Assembly (NCBI GenBank): GCA_044892525.1 | Contig: CM097885.1 | Coordinates: 48,610,001 to 48,674,000, forward strand | Direction: 5' to 3' | DNA: 64,000 nt | Source of the DNA: Schmidtea polychroa | Taxonomy: Eukaryota | Shown: positions 51,177 through 64,000 of the stretch, one piece after another | Layout of the letters: each line of letters opens with the position of its first letter | How positions within the stretch are numbered: position 1 is the first letter of the stretch | Translations under genes and position numbers: made by a program | Notes under the pieces: generated by a model | Database searches by the model: none | Told to the model about the DNA's origin: nothing | What the model saw: the letters and a program-made list of their open reading frames with translations, nothing else

Positions 51177-54100
51177 ATAAATTATACCTTAGATGGCAGC
51201 CTATCAATTCAATTCAATCATACAAAATTAGCCAAATTTGAAATGTTGATAAGTTAAAACAAATATGTTTTTGTATTTTTCCTGATTTTAAAATTATTTG
51301 ATGATTATAGAGAAAAATTTATTTTTAACATCAATATTTTTGAATTTTTGATTTTTTAAATATGAAAAATATATAGAAATCAAAACATTTGAAGCAATGA
51401 AAACAAACTAATACTGGTTCAAAATTTACTGTTGTTTGATGACTGGATTTAATCTCAAATTTTTCTGCTTCATAAATTCAAAATTATACAGAAGTTAGAA
51501 CTAAGCGATCCTAAGCTGAGATTTGGTGATTATTTTTCGGATTTTGAGTTTTCAATTAAGACCTTATTAACAATAAGTTCATATGCGTACAAGTGAAATT
51601 CCGTTTTGCAGCAAAAAAAATAGACTTTAATTTTTTGTATTTTATCAAAATTTTGCTTCGGGAAATTTTGGGAAATTTGTTTTTTGGGTCTTTTTAAAAT
51701 TTGGGAAAATAATTTTGGGACTTTTTAAATTTTGGGGAATGTATTTTTGTGACTTTTTAATTTTTGGGAAAATTTGGGAATTTTATTTTTGGGACTTTAT
51801 ATTTTGGGAAATTTTTGAGTTGGGAAATTTATTTTGGCTATTTTTTGATTTTTAAATTTATCCAGGCATTTTTATTTTCAAAATATTTTCTAAGTCAAGT
51901 GGTGTGACCTTCACTTAAAAGTACATTATAAAAAATTTTTTTTTACCATAGTAAATTATTGCTAAAGAAAATTGACAAAATAAAAAAAAGAAATCAATAA
52001 AAAATTCAGAAAGTTGGAAATAAAAGTATTACGCAAAAGAAGAAATATTTGAAACGAAACCCAGGAAAGTATATCAAGTTATATCAATTTTTCAATTGTC
52101 ACAGAAAAGAAAAAGTGACAGAAATAAAGCCGAAAACATCAATTGACCCAGGAAAAAATAACAGAAATAAAGCCCAGAAAATAGTAAAGGAATTTCGAAA
52201 AATAACCAAAAGAGAAAAATTATATTTTATTATTCAAATTCTTAGGTTTATAAACAAAATATTTTTAGTTTCTACATAAAAGTGAAACATTTCTCAATTT
52301 AATTTATGTTGATTTACTTTAAGTAAAAATGATAAAGTCAAAAAACATTGATTATAATTATTGATTTATAATAAAATGAAATTTAAAAAATGGAAAATCA
52401 TTTAATATCTAGACAAATATAATTTTTATAATCTCTCCAGTAATAATCAATGTTGAGAAAAATCTTAAAAAGGGATAAATACCAAAGTAATTTTTTAGAT
52501 ATATTTTATAATTAACATTCCGAATTTGAAATTAGAATTTAGTTTTAAAGGATTAAAATAATTAATTTATCATTTCTAAATATTTTAAAAGTATTAGTTT
52601 TTATAAGTAAAAAATTGATTATCTAATTCAGAATAAAATAAGATTTTGTCATTGACATTAAACAAAGCATTCACAAAAATTACAAATATGGTATCTACAC
52701 TAATGTAAAAAAAATCAATACGTGTTACCTGTGTTGGAGCGCCATTAGTTCGGCACATGGCTAATGCACACCTAAGGGATGAATGTCTCTTACTAACACT
52801 GCGATCTACGATTTGTCGTACCCCAGTTGGTCTCGAAATGAATGCTCTCAACGACATGACACCCGTTATTCACATCACGTTGGTACTGTGCCAAGTCGGT
52901 GAAACACCATGGAGCAGGTGAGCCCCTGTCTTAGGACTACTCCTCCATGATACTTTGACTTCTCAATCCTGACTGCCGATAGAAGGACTTACGTCTGGTC
53001 ATACTCTATTGTGATTGGTAGTAACCTTTACATATCCCTTCAGAGAATTCTCATTGAACTATTACTCCCTGCATACACATCTTTTAGTCGAAGGAAATTA
53101 AACGATTCTAAGACATTAAATTATATTTACAACAGAATTTGTTAACATCGGATAGCTAAACACCGAAAAAATGGTAATAAATGAGAAAAATCAGTGAGAA
53201 ATCGATTACGAGGACCTTTCCGTCATCATCCATCCATCAGCTTCGGTCTCTGCCATGAGAATATCTAGGTTAAACACTTCGGTGAGGTTTTCTTCTTACG
53301 GTGTATTTGTGGCTGGGATCACGCGAAACGTGTTAGATGATTTGTTGTTGCTTGCCTCATGTGCTTCGATGGCCGCTTTCGCACTATCGATGACTAGTTG
53401 GTCTTTCCTTTCCACCTGATGACTTTTTCGTCGTTTAGTGCGCTCGGCGCCAGACAACTCCTTCCGTTTTGGTTTTCCACTCGGGAATTGTAGGTAGTTT
53501 ACGCCTGACTGCTGAGCTGATTTAGGCGATACCCGACTGGTGCCGGAGATGAGAATCTCAGGAGTAGAAGGTGAGACAGTAGTCTCCACACATCCTTGGC
53601 ACGCCTTTTCCGCTGGTACGTGGACATAATCTTGGCAGCGATGATGCATGGTGAAAACATTGTCGGCCTCACCAATTGGTATCCTCACGATCTTTTTGAT
53701 CACTAATGACTGGACGTATACCTTGTGGAGCGCTTCCGATTGCTCCTTGATGAGTAGCCCTTGAGTCAACTTTCGTCGACTAAGCTATCGCGGCAATGCT
53801 CACTCTGGACAGGGGCAAACAAGGTCCCCTCTAGGTGATCTATCTACTTTAATAGTCCGATTTCGGCCTGCATCGTCTTAATAGCCATATTTTTGTCGGA
53901 ACAAGAAAAACAAGGCTTAATTATATGTTTTGTTGGTGGACTTGTTGAGATGATCTAGAATTAAACAGGAAATTATAACAATTATCAATTGGCTAGGTTA
54001 GTTCTTAACAAGAGTTTCAAGGAAAATGATAGCGAACAATTTTGAATGAACGAGATATGTAACTATTGAAAGAATTGTAGAAAAATCGATGCTGATGATG

Positions 54101-56377
54101 ACGTTAGTTTAGTGAAATTTAAATTTATTATCTCCTTTGTTATCAATAAATTGAAAAGAATCGATTCTCTACTTGGTCTCGTCGTTTGTGAAATTAATTC
54201 GTTAATATTAACCCCTCAAAAAGCGTTTTACAATTACTATCTCATTTTATTTACCACTGTATTATGGGCATGGCCGCCGAGAGTCAGGTCGGGCCCCCAA
54301 TGCAATTCGTCAGTAAGGGCCCTCTTTGCAATTACAAACTGATATATTTTTAAAAAAACATTTGTTTTAGTTATCCTATTTATTACTTATAAAATTCCAT
54401 GATACTTATAAACTTAAATTATCACAAACTTAGATTTTTAAAAATTATTTAATTATATAAAAATGCCAAATATGATTATATCGCTGGCCCAAATGATTTT
54501 CATCGCCTGCATCGCCATCTTATCAGTGATTACTATGTTAGTCACTGTATTATTTTATTTCGGTTTTTATAGAAAATTGGTTTCATTAACTCTACCTAAG
54601 TATTACTATTTTAGAAATCGACACATTTACTTAGTTTGATAAATTGTACTTAGTTGTAATTTTTCGAAGGAACTTTAGTAGCGATAATCTTAGCACCGGT
54701 GCCTAATGTTAGTGGGTATTTGGAACCTTTGTAACTCGCTATGCTATAACTTCATTGTTACCAGGTGTAGTTCTTATCACGCTGTCATTCTTATCGATCT
54801 CAGATAAACTATTGGAGTGGTAGATTATTTTTCTAAGCTACCTATTTGGCGATTTACGAGATGTGTTACCTCCGTATTCTAAACCGATAATGGATTATTA
54901 GGTGTACGGTAAATTCCTAATTCCGAAATTGAAAATTATCTATAATATACGTTGGTGCGCACACCAGTTGAGGTGACTCATCATTTATGTGCCAATGATT
55001 GGTTAACTTCAATTTTTCAATTTTTAAAAATCGTTTTCAGGTAAGTTTTTGAATTTTAAGTAACTTTTAAAACTTGAATTTTGATTTTATAAATTATGAG
55101 ATCATTATTCAAGCTCTTAAATATTACTTTATCACATAAATTATTTTTAATTAAATTTCAGGTGTTTTAGGAATTTTAAGAAATTAATTGGAATTATTTC
55201 GATGTAATGTAAGTCAAATATATTTTTAATTATACACAAATAAAGTAATCACCAAAGACATTTTTAATACAAATTGGAAAGAGTACATGGATAAAATAGT
55301 TTTTTTTAATTTAAGCCAAATTTTGTCATTTTCTATAATTCTATGAAAATATTAATTCCTTTTTAATTTAATGTTTTGTATTTCAATGAATAAATCTTAC
55401 ATTGTCAGATCTTCACCTTGGCAAAAAGGTAGCGTTTCCAGAGAAATATCTGAAGATCTAAGGAAATATTAACTTCAAAAATATTTTATAAATAGATCTT
55501 ACAATATTTTATCGTCTTTTTTTTCTACAGATCAAAGTAGAGTTGTCCGATTCTAGATAAATTTTTTCCCCATCATTTTTTAATATATTAAAAATAATAA
55601 TATGTTAACAATATGTTAATGAATGTTTAATTTTGGGAAAAAACGCTATAATAAATATTCATGCATTTTTCTTTATGTGTTTTGTGTTGGTATGTTTAAT
55701 TATTTTTCTATCCCATTTTCGATTCCTATAATAAATATGTTAACTTTCGAAGCATTAAATTTTTACACACAGCTAAGTTTGTGTGTTCCTATACTATAAA
55801 TTTATTGATTTATTTTAAGATTAAGATTATTTTTTTAAAAACTTTTGGAATTAGGTGTATATCTAATTAAACGTGCTGTACGATGCACACCAGGTTGTTG
55901 GCTACTGGTGATCAATGATTATTGGAATTCTACGAATATTAATTTGTTAACTATCTGAAAGCTCTATATTATTGTAGGAATCATAATATCTTATTCTGAA
56001 GTCTACCTGCATTTGGGTTACACACTTTATGCATGTGTATTTGTTCTTACTACTGGATTTAGTTCACGACTTTACTCGGCTCCGCGCTACAAGATTTAAG
56101 GAGTGTTGCCGATTTTCACAACTGTCGTGATGTTATTGTCAGATTATGAAGGATGTCTGAAAATGTACGATTTTAGTCAAGATCTGGATGCTGGATCACT
56201 GTATTTCTCTCTACAACTCAGTGTGCTGTAACAATTCTCTCTACTAGTAAAGCTGATTGGTCATTACTGAAATATTTTCAGTTCACTATATTCCTCACAT
56301 TGGTGTGTTCCCATATGAAAATTTTCCCTACAGCGATAAACTCGCGTAGAAGCCTCCGCCTCACAGTCCAAAGTGAG

Positions 56378-56905
56378 AACTGAAAATGTCATTTGGGAGG
56401 GACTCTTTTATAGTTTTTTGTTGAATTTTTCGACTAATCAGGATCGAATATATGCGTTAGTAGAGTGAAGTGTGCTCCATGACTCATAACATGCCCCTCC
56501 CCGATGACTCTTCAAGGGAACATGACTAATCGATGACTCATCAAGGTCATTCTATTTTTAGTAACAAGGTCACGTGACTCACCGATGCCTCACCAGGGTC
56601 ATTCTATCTTTTAGTAACAAAGACAAAGACATATATTTTTAGTAACATTTTTATCTATTTTTAGTAACATTTTGATCCAATTACTTATTAAGGTCATCCA
56701 AGGTCACATGACTCATCAAAATAATTCAAGTTCACGTGACTCATTGATGACTCATCTATTTTTAGAACAAAGACAATGGCTCGTCATTTTTTAAACAAAG
56801 CCATTTAAACAAAGACAATGACTCGTCGATGACTCATCATTTTAAGAACAAAGACAATGCATCATTTATATTTAAAACAAAGACAATGACTAATCGATGA
56901 CTTAT
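56378..56905 (-). promoter_or_regulatory. Candidate Pol II promoter/enhancer: TATA + Inr with an upstream cluster of TGACTCA (AP-1) motifs
   Basis: Minus-strand TATAAAAG (56412-56405) 31 nt upstream of the Inr A in TCAGTT (56383-56378); 7 perfect TGACTCA in 56480-56836. Confidence 0.5.
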
Positions 56906-57439
56906 TATTAATATTATTATTATTATTTATTATTATTATTATTAAATTTCATAAAAACATAACCATTTCTGATATTGGTTTCATAATTTTCTTCATAAAA
57001 ACATATTCATTTTCTTCATATTTCATAAAAAATTGGTTTCATAACAAAATTGGTTTCATAATTTCTAAAAAACATAATAATTAAAAACATCACGCATTGG
57101 CCGAAGAAGAACCATGTTCTTCATTGGCGGCTTCTCAAGTTGTATATAAAATTGGGGGCTATTATTAATAATGTACATAAGACAATTGAATTTACGCATG
57201 CACCCATTTTTTAACAGTATATAGATACCAACACTAATTTGCGCTCAAATTCTACATGACCTTTACCTTTAAATATTTGACCTTGAAAAGAATTTTTAAA
57301 AATTTTCCCTGAGGAGGGAGGGGTTATGTGATCCAGTGGACCCCTATCCATCTACTAAAGACATTTGCATAAAAGCACCCAGAATTAAAATATTTAATAA
57401 GCCCATTATTTCAATGAATACAACAACATCACAAAAGCT

Positions 57440-57770
57440 TTACAAACCTCTTTCAAAATTGCACACTTATTAGCCAAATCAAAGAAACCCTATACAATTA
57501 TGAGAATATTATTATTCTTGTTTCTGTAAAAATTGCCGAAATTAATTTCGATAAAAAGGAAGCAAATATAATAAAAACAATGTCATGTTCGAATGAGATA
57601 ATCAAACGACGAATCAATGATATGGCAGAGGATATTATAAAATAAGTACAAAATATTGTTTTAAAATAAGAATTAACGGTTGATTAACGGTTTGATCAAC
57701 GGTTATATTCAACAGTGCAGAAATTATGGTATTTGTTAGATATATTGATGATACACAAGAAATAATAAAA
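57440..57770 (+). mobile_element. hAT (Charlie/Buster) transposase fragment
   Basis: SFKIAHLLAKSKKPYTI..IKTMSCSNEIIKRRINDMAEDI. Confidence 0.7.
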
Positions 57771-59796
57771 TAGGTCTTGTAGGTTTTGCAATTTTGCTAT
57801 CGCTTATAGCTACGCTATATATTGATACTAAATGAAGAAGTCGCAAACCAATTCTCCAAATAAAGCATTTTAATAATATATTTTAAATAATTTAGAAATA
57901 TAAAAATGTACTGTCTAGTTTGTATAACAGGAAAATGTGGCAATCAAACATACATATTAAGAGATTTGAATTAAATTTAATTAAAGAAAGATAAAATAAT
58001 CCGGGCATTTTTTGGCATTTCAAATCAGTCATAAATTTTGTGATTAATTTGTCCGTATTGATTTTTTAAGGTATTTTTTATAATAGTTTTGCGTTGTTTT
58101 ATAAACTTTATTATTTAAAAGACAAATTTTTTAATTTCAAATTAATTATTTACAAATTTATTTAATGGTTCAATAACTTTAAAATATTTAAAGATTTGAC
58201 ATACTTAATTGTAAAAATAAAAAATTTAATTAAATAGCCAATCTATTTCACCATCTATTTTATCATTGTTCCAACATTACCTGTGAGGGTTTGGGAGGGT
58301 ATTTTAGTAATAATTATCGGTATATTATATTCAATATTAACTGTTAATAATTATTTAAGTGAAATAACTTTGATTTACAAGCCATTTTTAGGTTTAACTG
58401 CGTTTATATTTGTGTAACCTATAATATTACCCAAAGTTGTAATAGTTCAACTTTTTTATTACATAAGGCTTAATTCGATCATTTATTAACCTTTTGTAAA
58501 CCCCTTCATTATTACATAAAACTTATTTCATGTAACAGTTAGTAAATTTTAGTAAGTGATTGAATGTGGATAGCCTAACAAATAGATTATTTTGTAGAAG
58601 AAGATTATTAAAAATTGACAATATTTATTGTTTGTTTACCTTTGATCTGATAATTTTCGTTTAATATTTCATTTATTTTCACTTTGACTATAAATCAAGT
58701 TTTTTCCGATTAATACGAATTTTCAGCACTGCCTTTTTCAAATGTTCTAATTTACAATATTTTAATTTAAAATCTTTTATGTTTCATTGGAAAATATTTG
58801 TTGAATTCTATTTCGGAATTTTATTTTTTTATTTTAATTTAAATTGAATTTTAATTTACTGAATTGAATTATGATATTCATCAGTTTTAAATGATTATGT
58901 ATTTTTAAAAAAATTAAATATTTTCAATGAAATCATTTTTAATGCTAGTATTTTGATGCCCTTTAATTTTATCCTTTCAAATTCAAGTTTTTTTAAATTT
59001 TAATCACGATTATTTTATTTTTAACTGCTGATGAAATGAAATTTAAAATAAATAAGATTTTTGTAATATTGAAAATTAATCTCAAATTTCAATGTCAATA
59101 AATAAAATTTTAGAAAATTTTCTGACTAGTAAATTCAACAGCTTACATGAATATAATATATTGTAATAAATTTATATTATATTAGAAAATTTTATTTAAT
59201 AAACTTTATAATTTAAGCAAGTTTCTAAATTTTAATTAATTTTATTATAATAATTAATATACTTTTATATATGAATATATTATTATTATTATTGTTGTTG
59301 TTATTATTATTAGTATATTATTATTGTTATTATTATTAGTATATTATTATTATTATTAAAATTCAATGGGTCATGTTGTGAAATTATATTTGAATATGGC
59401 TCATTGGGATTTGAAATTAAACCGAGGACCATCTGCAACCAAATATTGCAATACAGTGCTGGCTAAGCAGCCGTTGAATGCGAAAGTCTTTATCGAAAAA
59501 GAAAGGGTCTGATGACTATAGGAGAATTGAAGCTGGTATTTCAAAAATAGTCAAACTCGGGAGCATGCTTTGTTGGCTTATACACTTGGAGTCAATGATA
59601 GTTGATGTATATAAAACCTTGATTCAGACTTAAAAGTCCTTGATAAAAGTCGAAAATCTTTTCATTAAATACATTGTTCGCAGTAAAAGGCTTAAATTAT
59701 CACTTTATTATTGTAAATAATAAATGCTGCTATCTAGAAATCATCATTTAATAATAATAAAATAAACAAGCTTTGTGATACCCAGTGCAAATCCCA

Positions 59797-59838
59797 ATAG
59801 TAGACTAGTTTCGGGCTTTTGGCTCTTATCAGTACTAT
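59797..59838 (-). ncRNA. Minimal type I hammerhead ribozyme motif (Penelope-type), core slightly mutated
   Basis: ATAGTA CTGATAA GAGC CAAAA GCCC GAAA C TA G TC TACTAT: 6-bp stem I, stem II, palindromic minimal stem III, GUC cleavage triplet. Confidence 0.7.
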
Positions 59839-60027
59839 GAAGGAGACGGAATATTTCTCTTCGCGCCAGGTAAGTATACAATATTGCTGATTCAACTCTA
59901 TTGCATATTTTTCCCGGTACACTGGAAATCACACCATTTTCAAATTAGCAGAAAAAAATCTGTAAACTTGTAAACACGGTGTATGAAAAATCATAATTAC
60001 CTCTGTGGACTAAAAATTTTAAAAAAA

Positions 60028-60079
<52 letters not shown>

Positions 60080-60081
<2 letters not shown>

Positions 60082-61140
60082 TTGGGTTTTTGGTTAATTT
60101 AAGTCGGTTACCTCTGACTCCTCGTGTCCTTTAAATCAAAACAATAAACGACCCAATGTATATCGAAATAACAAAATTCACAATTTTCTCTCAACACTTT
60201 ACAATCAATAATCAAAGTTACGTTTGAACGATTCTCCGCTCGATGTTTATGCTTTGATAAAGGTAATATTCACCTTTTATTCGCTTAGGTTCTCTTGACC
60301 AACGTTTTCCTTTTGTTTCTTTGATTTGATCCTTTTTCACTCTTTTTATTCTTATTCTATCTCTTCTTTTTCCTTAATCTCCTTAATTCGTTTTTGCCTT
60401 TTCCTAAGCTCGATTTCTTCTTACCCTAGCTGAAGCAAAATGCGATTTTCTCTGATTTTCCCCTTCCTTATATACTCTTCAAAATTGGGATGACAAATGG
60501 TTATTGCCGAGCCAATCTTTCACTTGACATTTGCTTCCACGTATCTGCTTCGGCTGTCACCCATAATGGTCCAACGAACAAAGATAATTAATGGCCCGTC
60601 CGGCCTTTCTACACGCACTATCTTCTCCTTGCTCTTTTCCACATCAATCATTGTGTCAAGCTAATGGGTCCAAATCTTCCTTCTGTTTACTTTTCTTCTT
60701 GTTTACCCGGCTCGGGTTTCCTTCATCTCTCGGGTTCTCCATTGGCTCGGGTTTCCCATTAGCTCGGGTTTTCTATTAGCCAATTAATTAATTAATTAAC
60801 TTTTTCTGTTTTTACACATTTGAATGCTTTTCGACTCTTCCTAACCATTTTCTGATAAATCCCTAATCATCATCTTGTTGACCATTAGCTAATCTATACC
60901 TGTGCCGTTTTCCCAATTCGATTTCGATGATTTTCCAATTTATTGATTTTTCTCGGATTTCCGGATTCTTGCCTTTCGCAATTGCTTTTGGCATTTTCTA
61001 ATACTGCTTCCATCACACTTTCCTTTACTATCAATTCTGTGCATGATCACGCTTTTATTTGTCTTTTTTCTTCACTTACTTTTTATTTAAATTATTAACC
61101 CAAATTTCATTTAAATTTATTTTAATTTACGGACCTCAAC

Positions 61141-61141
<1 letters not shown>
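60080..61141 (-). mobile_element. Solo LTR (1062 bp) inserted in an (AAT)n tract
   Basis: On the minus strand TGTTGAGG...CCCAACA; TSD ATAA; GGACACGAGGAGTCAGAG motif. Confidence 0.8.
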
Positions 61142-61191
<50 letters not shown>

Positions 61192-61289
61192 TGAAAATAA
61201 CCAACTAAGTATATTATAAAATATTGCTACATATTTTATTGAAGCTATATAATATTGATTGCTAATATTTCGTAATAATTAACAACTAA

Positions 61290-61950
61290 ATCAGAGGAGG
61301 CAACTTCCAATTTTTTCGACAACTACCATCTTTAACAAACTGTGGAGATGACAAAACATTGTTCAATTTGTTCACATACACATCATGGTCAAAGATAACC
61401 AAACCATTACCTTTATCATATTTACAAACGTTAATATCTTTTTAAGCCAAATTCTTCAAGATCAAAAAATCTTTTATATCTTGTTTTTTATTTTTATTAA
61501 TATAATCAATCGTACACACATTCAACAAATTCTTTACATAATTATTATCTATATTCTTATCAAACACGCACATATTGTAGTACAATCTTTCAATTTTAAC
61601 TTTTTGTTTAATAATGAATGGTATAAACAAGTGGATGGTGTTGCTATGGGTTCTTCATTAGCCCCAACTATGGCTTCTATTTTTATGTCTAGTTTGGAAA
61701 AGAAAATGTCCTCATGCCATCTTGTTAAACCTAGTGTGTACAAACGGTATGTGGATGATATTTTTTTGGTGTTTGAGAGTCGTGAACATGTAATGCCGTT
61801 TTTAAATTTTATGAATGATTTGCATAAGAATATTAAATTCACATGTGAGGAAGAAAAAAGGTCATCGATTGCGTTTTTAGATTTACTCATTCAACGCAAA
61901 TCGAAACATTATGAGACTGAAATATATAGAAAGTCGACGGATACTGGTTG
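61290..61950. mobile_element. Penelope-like RT fragments: N-terminal DKG region on minus (about 61580-61290), RT core on plus (about 61585-61950)
   Basis: KDINVCKYDKGNGLVIFD..YVNKLNNVL (minus); YKQVDGVAMGSSLAP..YKRYVDDIF..IKFTCEEE..FLDL..YRKSTDTG (plus). Confidence 0.85.
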
Positions 61951-62246
61951 GCGTTTCTCTAAATAAATAATGCATATTTTTTAATAATAAATCTTTAAAT
62001 AACAGATATCTCATATTTTTATGCAATTTAAGTCGACACTCAGATCTTTTCTAATTAAGCTGTATATAACCAAAATGGCTTTCTTTTCTAGCTTGTTCTG
62101 AAGTGAACTATTGAAAATATGGAAAATTTCGGCGGTTTCCAAATTTATTAATATGCATAAAATATGTTTGTGCACTATAAGTTAAAGTTGATGATTTCCT
62201 CTTCCTTTTCTTTAACTAACAATCTATTTTTTCATATCTTTAAAAG

Positions 62247-63061
62247 TGTTGGGGTTAGGGCAAAAACCAAAAGTTTATATATAAGAGGAAAGCATAACAA
62301 ATAATGGTGAAATCAATAAAAGTACAAAATTAATTAAAATTTAATAAAAATCAAAGATCAATATTGAACGGGGGTATCGGGCATGGTTGAACGCCAAATT
62401 GATAGACGAGTTCAGAAATTATAATAAAAATTTAATAAGGTGTTCACAGGGAAAAATATGGAGAAAAAACAAATTAACTAAAATTAATTAATCGGTAATG
62501 GAAAACCCGAGCCAATGGGAAGTCCGAGCCCATGGGAAACCCCAGCACTGTAGGAAACCCGATGCGCAGTGAGACCCGAGCAAAAGGATAAAAGAAGAAA
62601 TATTTTGAGCCCTAATCAAGGGTAAATAAATTAAAATTATCCAATATTGATTTTGGGTCCTGGAGAAACAATAGCGCAATTTTCTAAATAATTGGCCTCT
62701 CATAAAAAGTATAAAAAGAGACCTCAGAAGTGAACAAGCCGCCAGTTGGTCGAAGAAAAGAAAACTCGAAAGTTAGACAGAGTAACAAGAAAAACCGTGA
62801 AGTTAGTATCAAGTGAATAAAATTAAATCAAACATACCAGAAAGGGACATCTCCCATTGGAAGATTCATCCCTACGCGAGATTTCCAGTAATATTGAAAG
62901 GTGCAAAAAGTGGTTGTATCAAGTGTGGTGGAATCAGTAAAAGTGTAACAAAGGTGTAATTGTATTAGTCTCAAATAAAGATTTTGTGTTGAGTGTTTAA
63001 TTTATTTTCAAAGGACACGAAGGAATCAGACAGTGATACCGACTTGCATTAATACCCAACA
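62247..63061 (+). mobile_element. Solo LTR (815 bp)
   Basis: TGTTGGG...CCCAACA, TSD AAAG, TATAAAA and AATAAA, GGACACGAAGGAATCAGA motif. Confidence 0.82.
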
Positions 63062-64000
63062 AAAGTGAATTTATCAAATGATCCTATTGAAATAGACCTT
63101 TATAAAATCTTAGAGGTTTTTTTTAGATTTTTTAATTTTCAATAAAAAATAATGAAATGCAATTTTAATGAATTTTGATTGGAGATTAATTTTAGCAACA
63201 TCATTTTAAATAACCAATCGAACAAAAATGAAGCCGGTAAAACATAAAAAAATTTTAATTTTAATTTATTCTAAATATTATAAGATATTAAAACTAAAAT
63301 GATTAAATTTTTAATACTCAAAATATTCTCAATTTTGAACACAATTATATTAATAATGATAATCAAAACAGATTTGACTTGTAATAAATAATATCAAGGT
63401 AAATGTTCTTTTTCAGTTGTCATTAATGATATATGGCAGACAGAAGATGCAACTGGTAGAGAATAATTCACCAGACTAGATTCTTGTTTGATTTTCTAGC
63501 TGTTTTTAATTAATTCAATGAGGATTTTTAGAAGGATTTAACACTTTTGTGAACGGCAGATGTGTTTCAGTTATTTTCATGATTATTCACGATTAAAGAT
63601 AATTTTTTTATTCAGAAGATTCGACGAAGAAAATAGTTTCAACAGACTGCAAACTGATGTAGTCATGCAGATAATGATCGATTCGATGTCATGCCGGAAT
63701 AATTGACATACAATTATGAACAAATTTTAACAATTTGATGATTTTGTGGGATATTTTAACTAAATCTACCAATTTTTCAGTATTCAGTCGTATTTTCTAG
63801 CATTTTGAGCGACTTGGGAAATCTCAGTTATCAATTTAAGTCGAAGGTTTCAACAAAGTTTTTAAAAAACTAAACTCCATTTCAAATTATTTTTTTTAAT
63901 TAATATTATTTAATAATTATATCAATATAGAAAACTCTACATAATATCAATAAATTAAATAATCTAAATTCTTTCCTAAATGTCTTAAAAAAATTGATGT

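Noticed and set aside
58260..58740. Possible decayed viral/penton-like coding fragment
   Set aside because: Several stops and no motif I can identify with confidence
59864..59878. U1 snRNA 5' end (ATACTTACCTGGCG on minus)
   Set aside because: No U1 stem-loop I or Sm site follows; equally read as a consensus splice donor CAG|GTAAGTAT on plus

Overview
Very AT-rich eukaryotic (metazoan) genomic DNA with short 41-51 nt GT-AG introns and many (AAT)n microsatellites; a flatworm/planarian-like host is my inference, not something I can show. The main feature is a full-length but mutationally damaged Polinton/Maverick (adintovirus-like) endogenous virus at 1792-15451. It has long terminal inverted repeats (TIRs) and a 6-bp ATCAAC target-site duplication (TSD), and encodes a packaging ATPase, integrase, minor and major capsid proteins, an adenain-type protease and a protein-primed DNA polymerase B (pPolB). 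Unusually, it also carries a TATA-binding-protein (TBP)-like gene and at least five predicted spliceosomal introns, including ones in the integrase and protease genes. It sits in an 18-bp minisatellite that also abuts the end of a second, different Polinton, whose pPolB ORF runs off the left edge of the window. Host genes are an intronless, very divergent alpha-tubulin, an 8-exon clan-2-like cytochrome P450 and an intronless D1-like/invertebrate-type dopamine receptor GPCR. The remainder is transposable-element debris: hAT, Tc1/mariner, Ty3/gypsy (one with a -1 frameshift slippery site plus pseudoknot), related solo LTRs, Penelope-like RT fragments and a minimal hammerhead ribozyme motif. All calls are by eye; no database searches were run.
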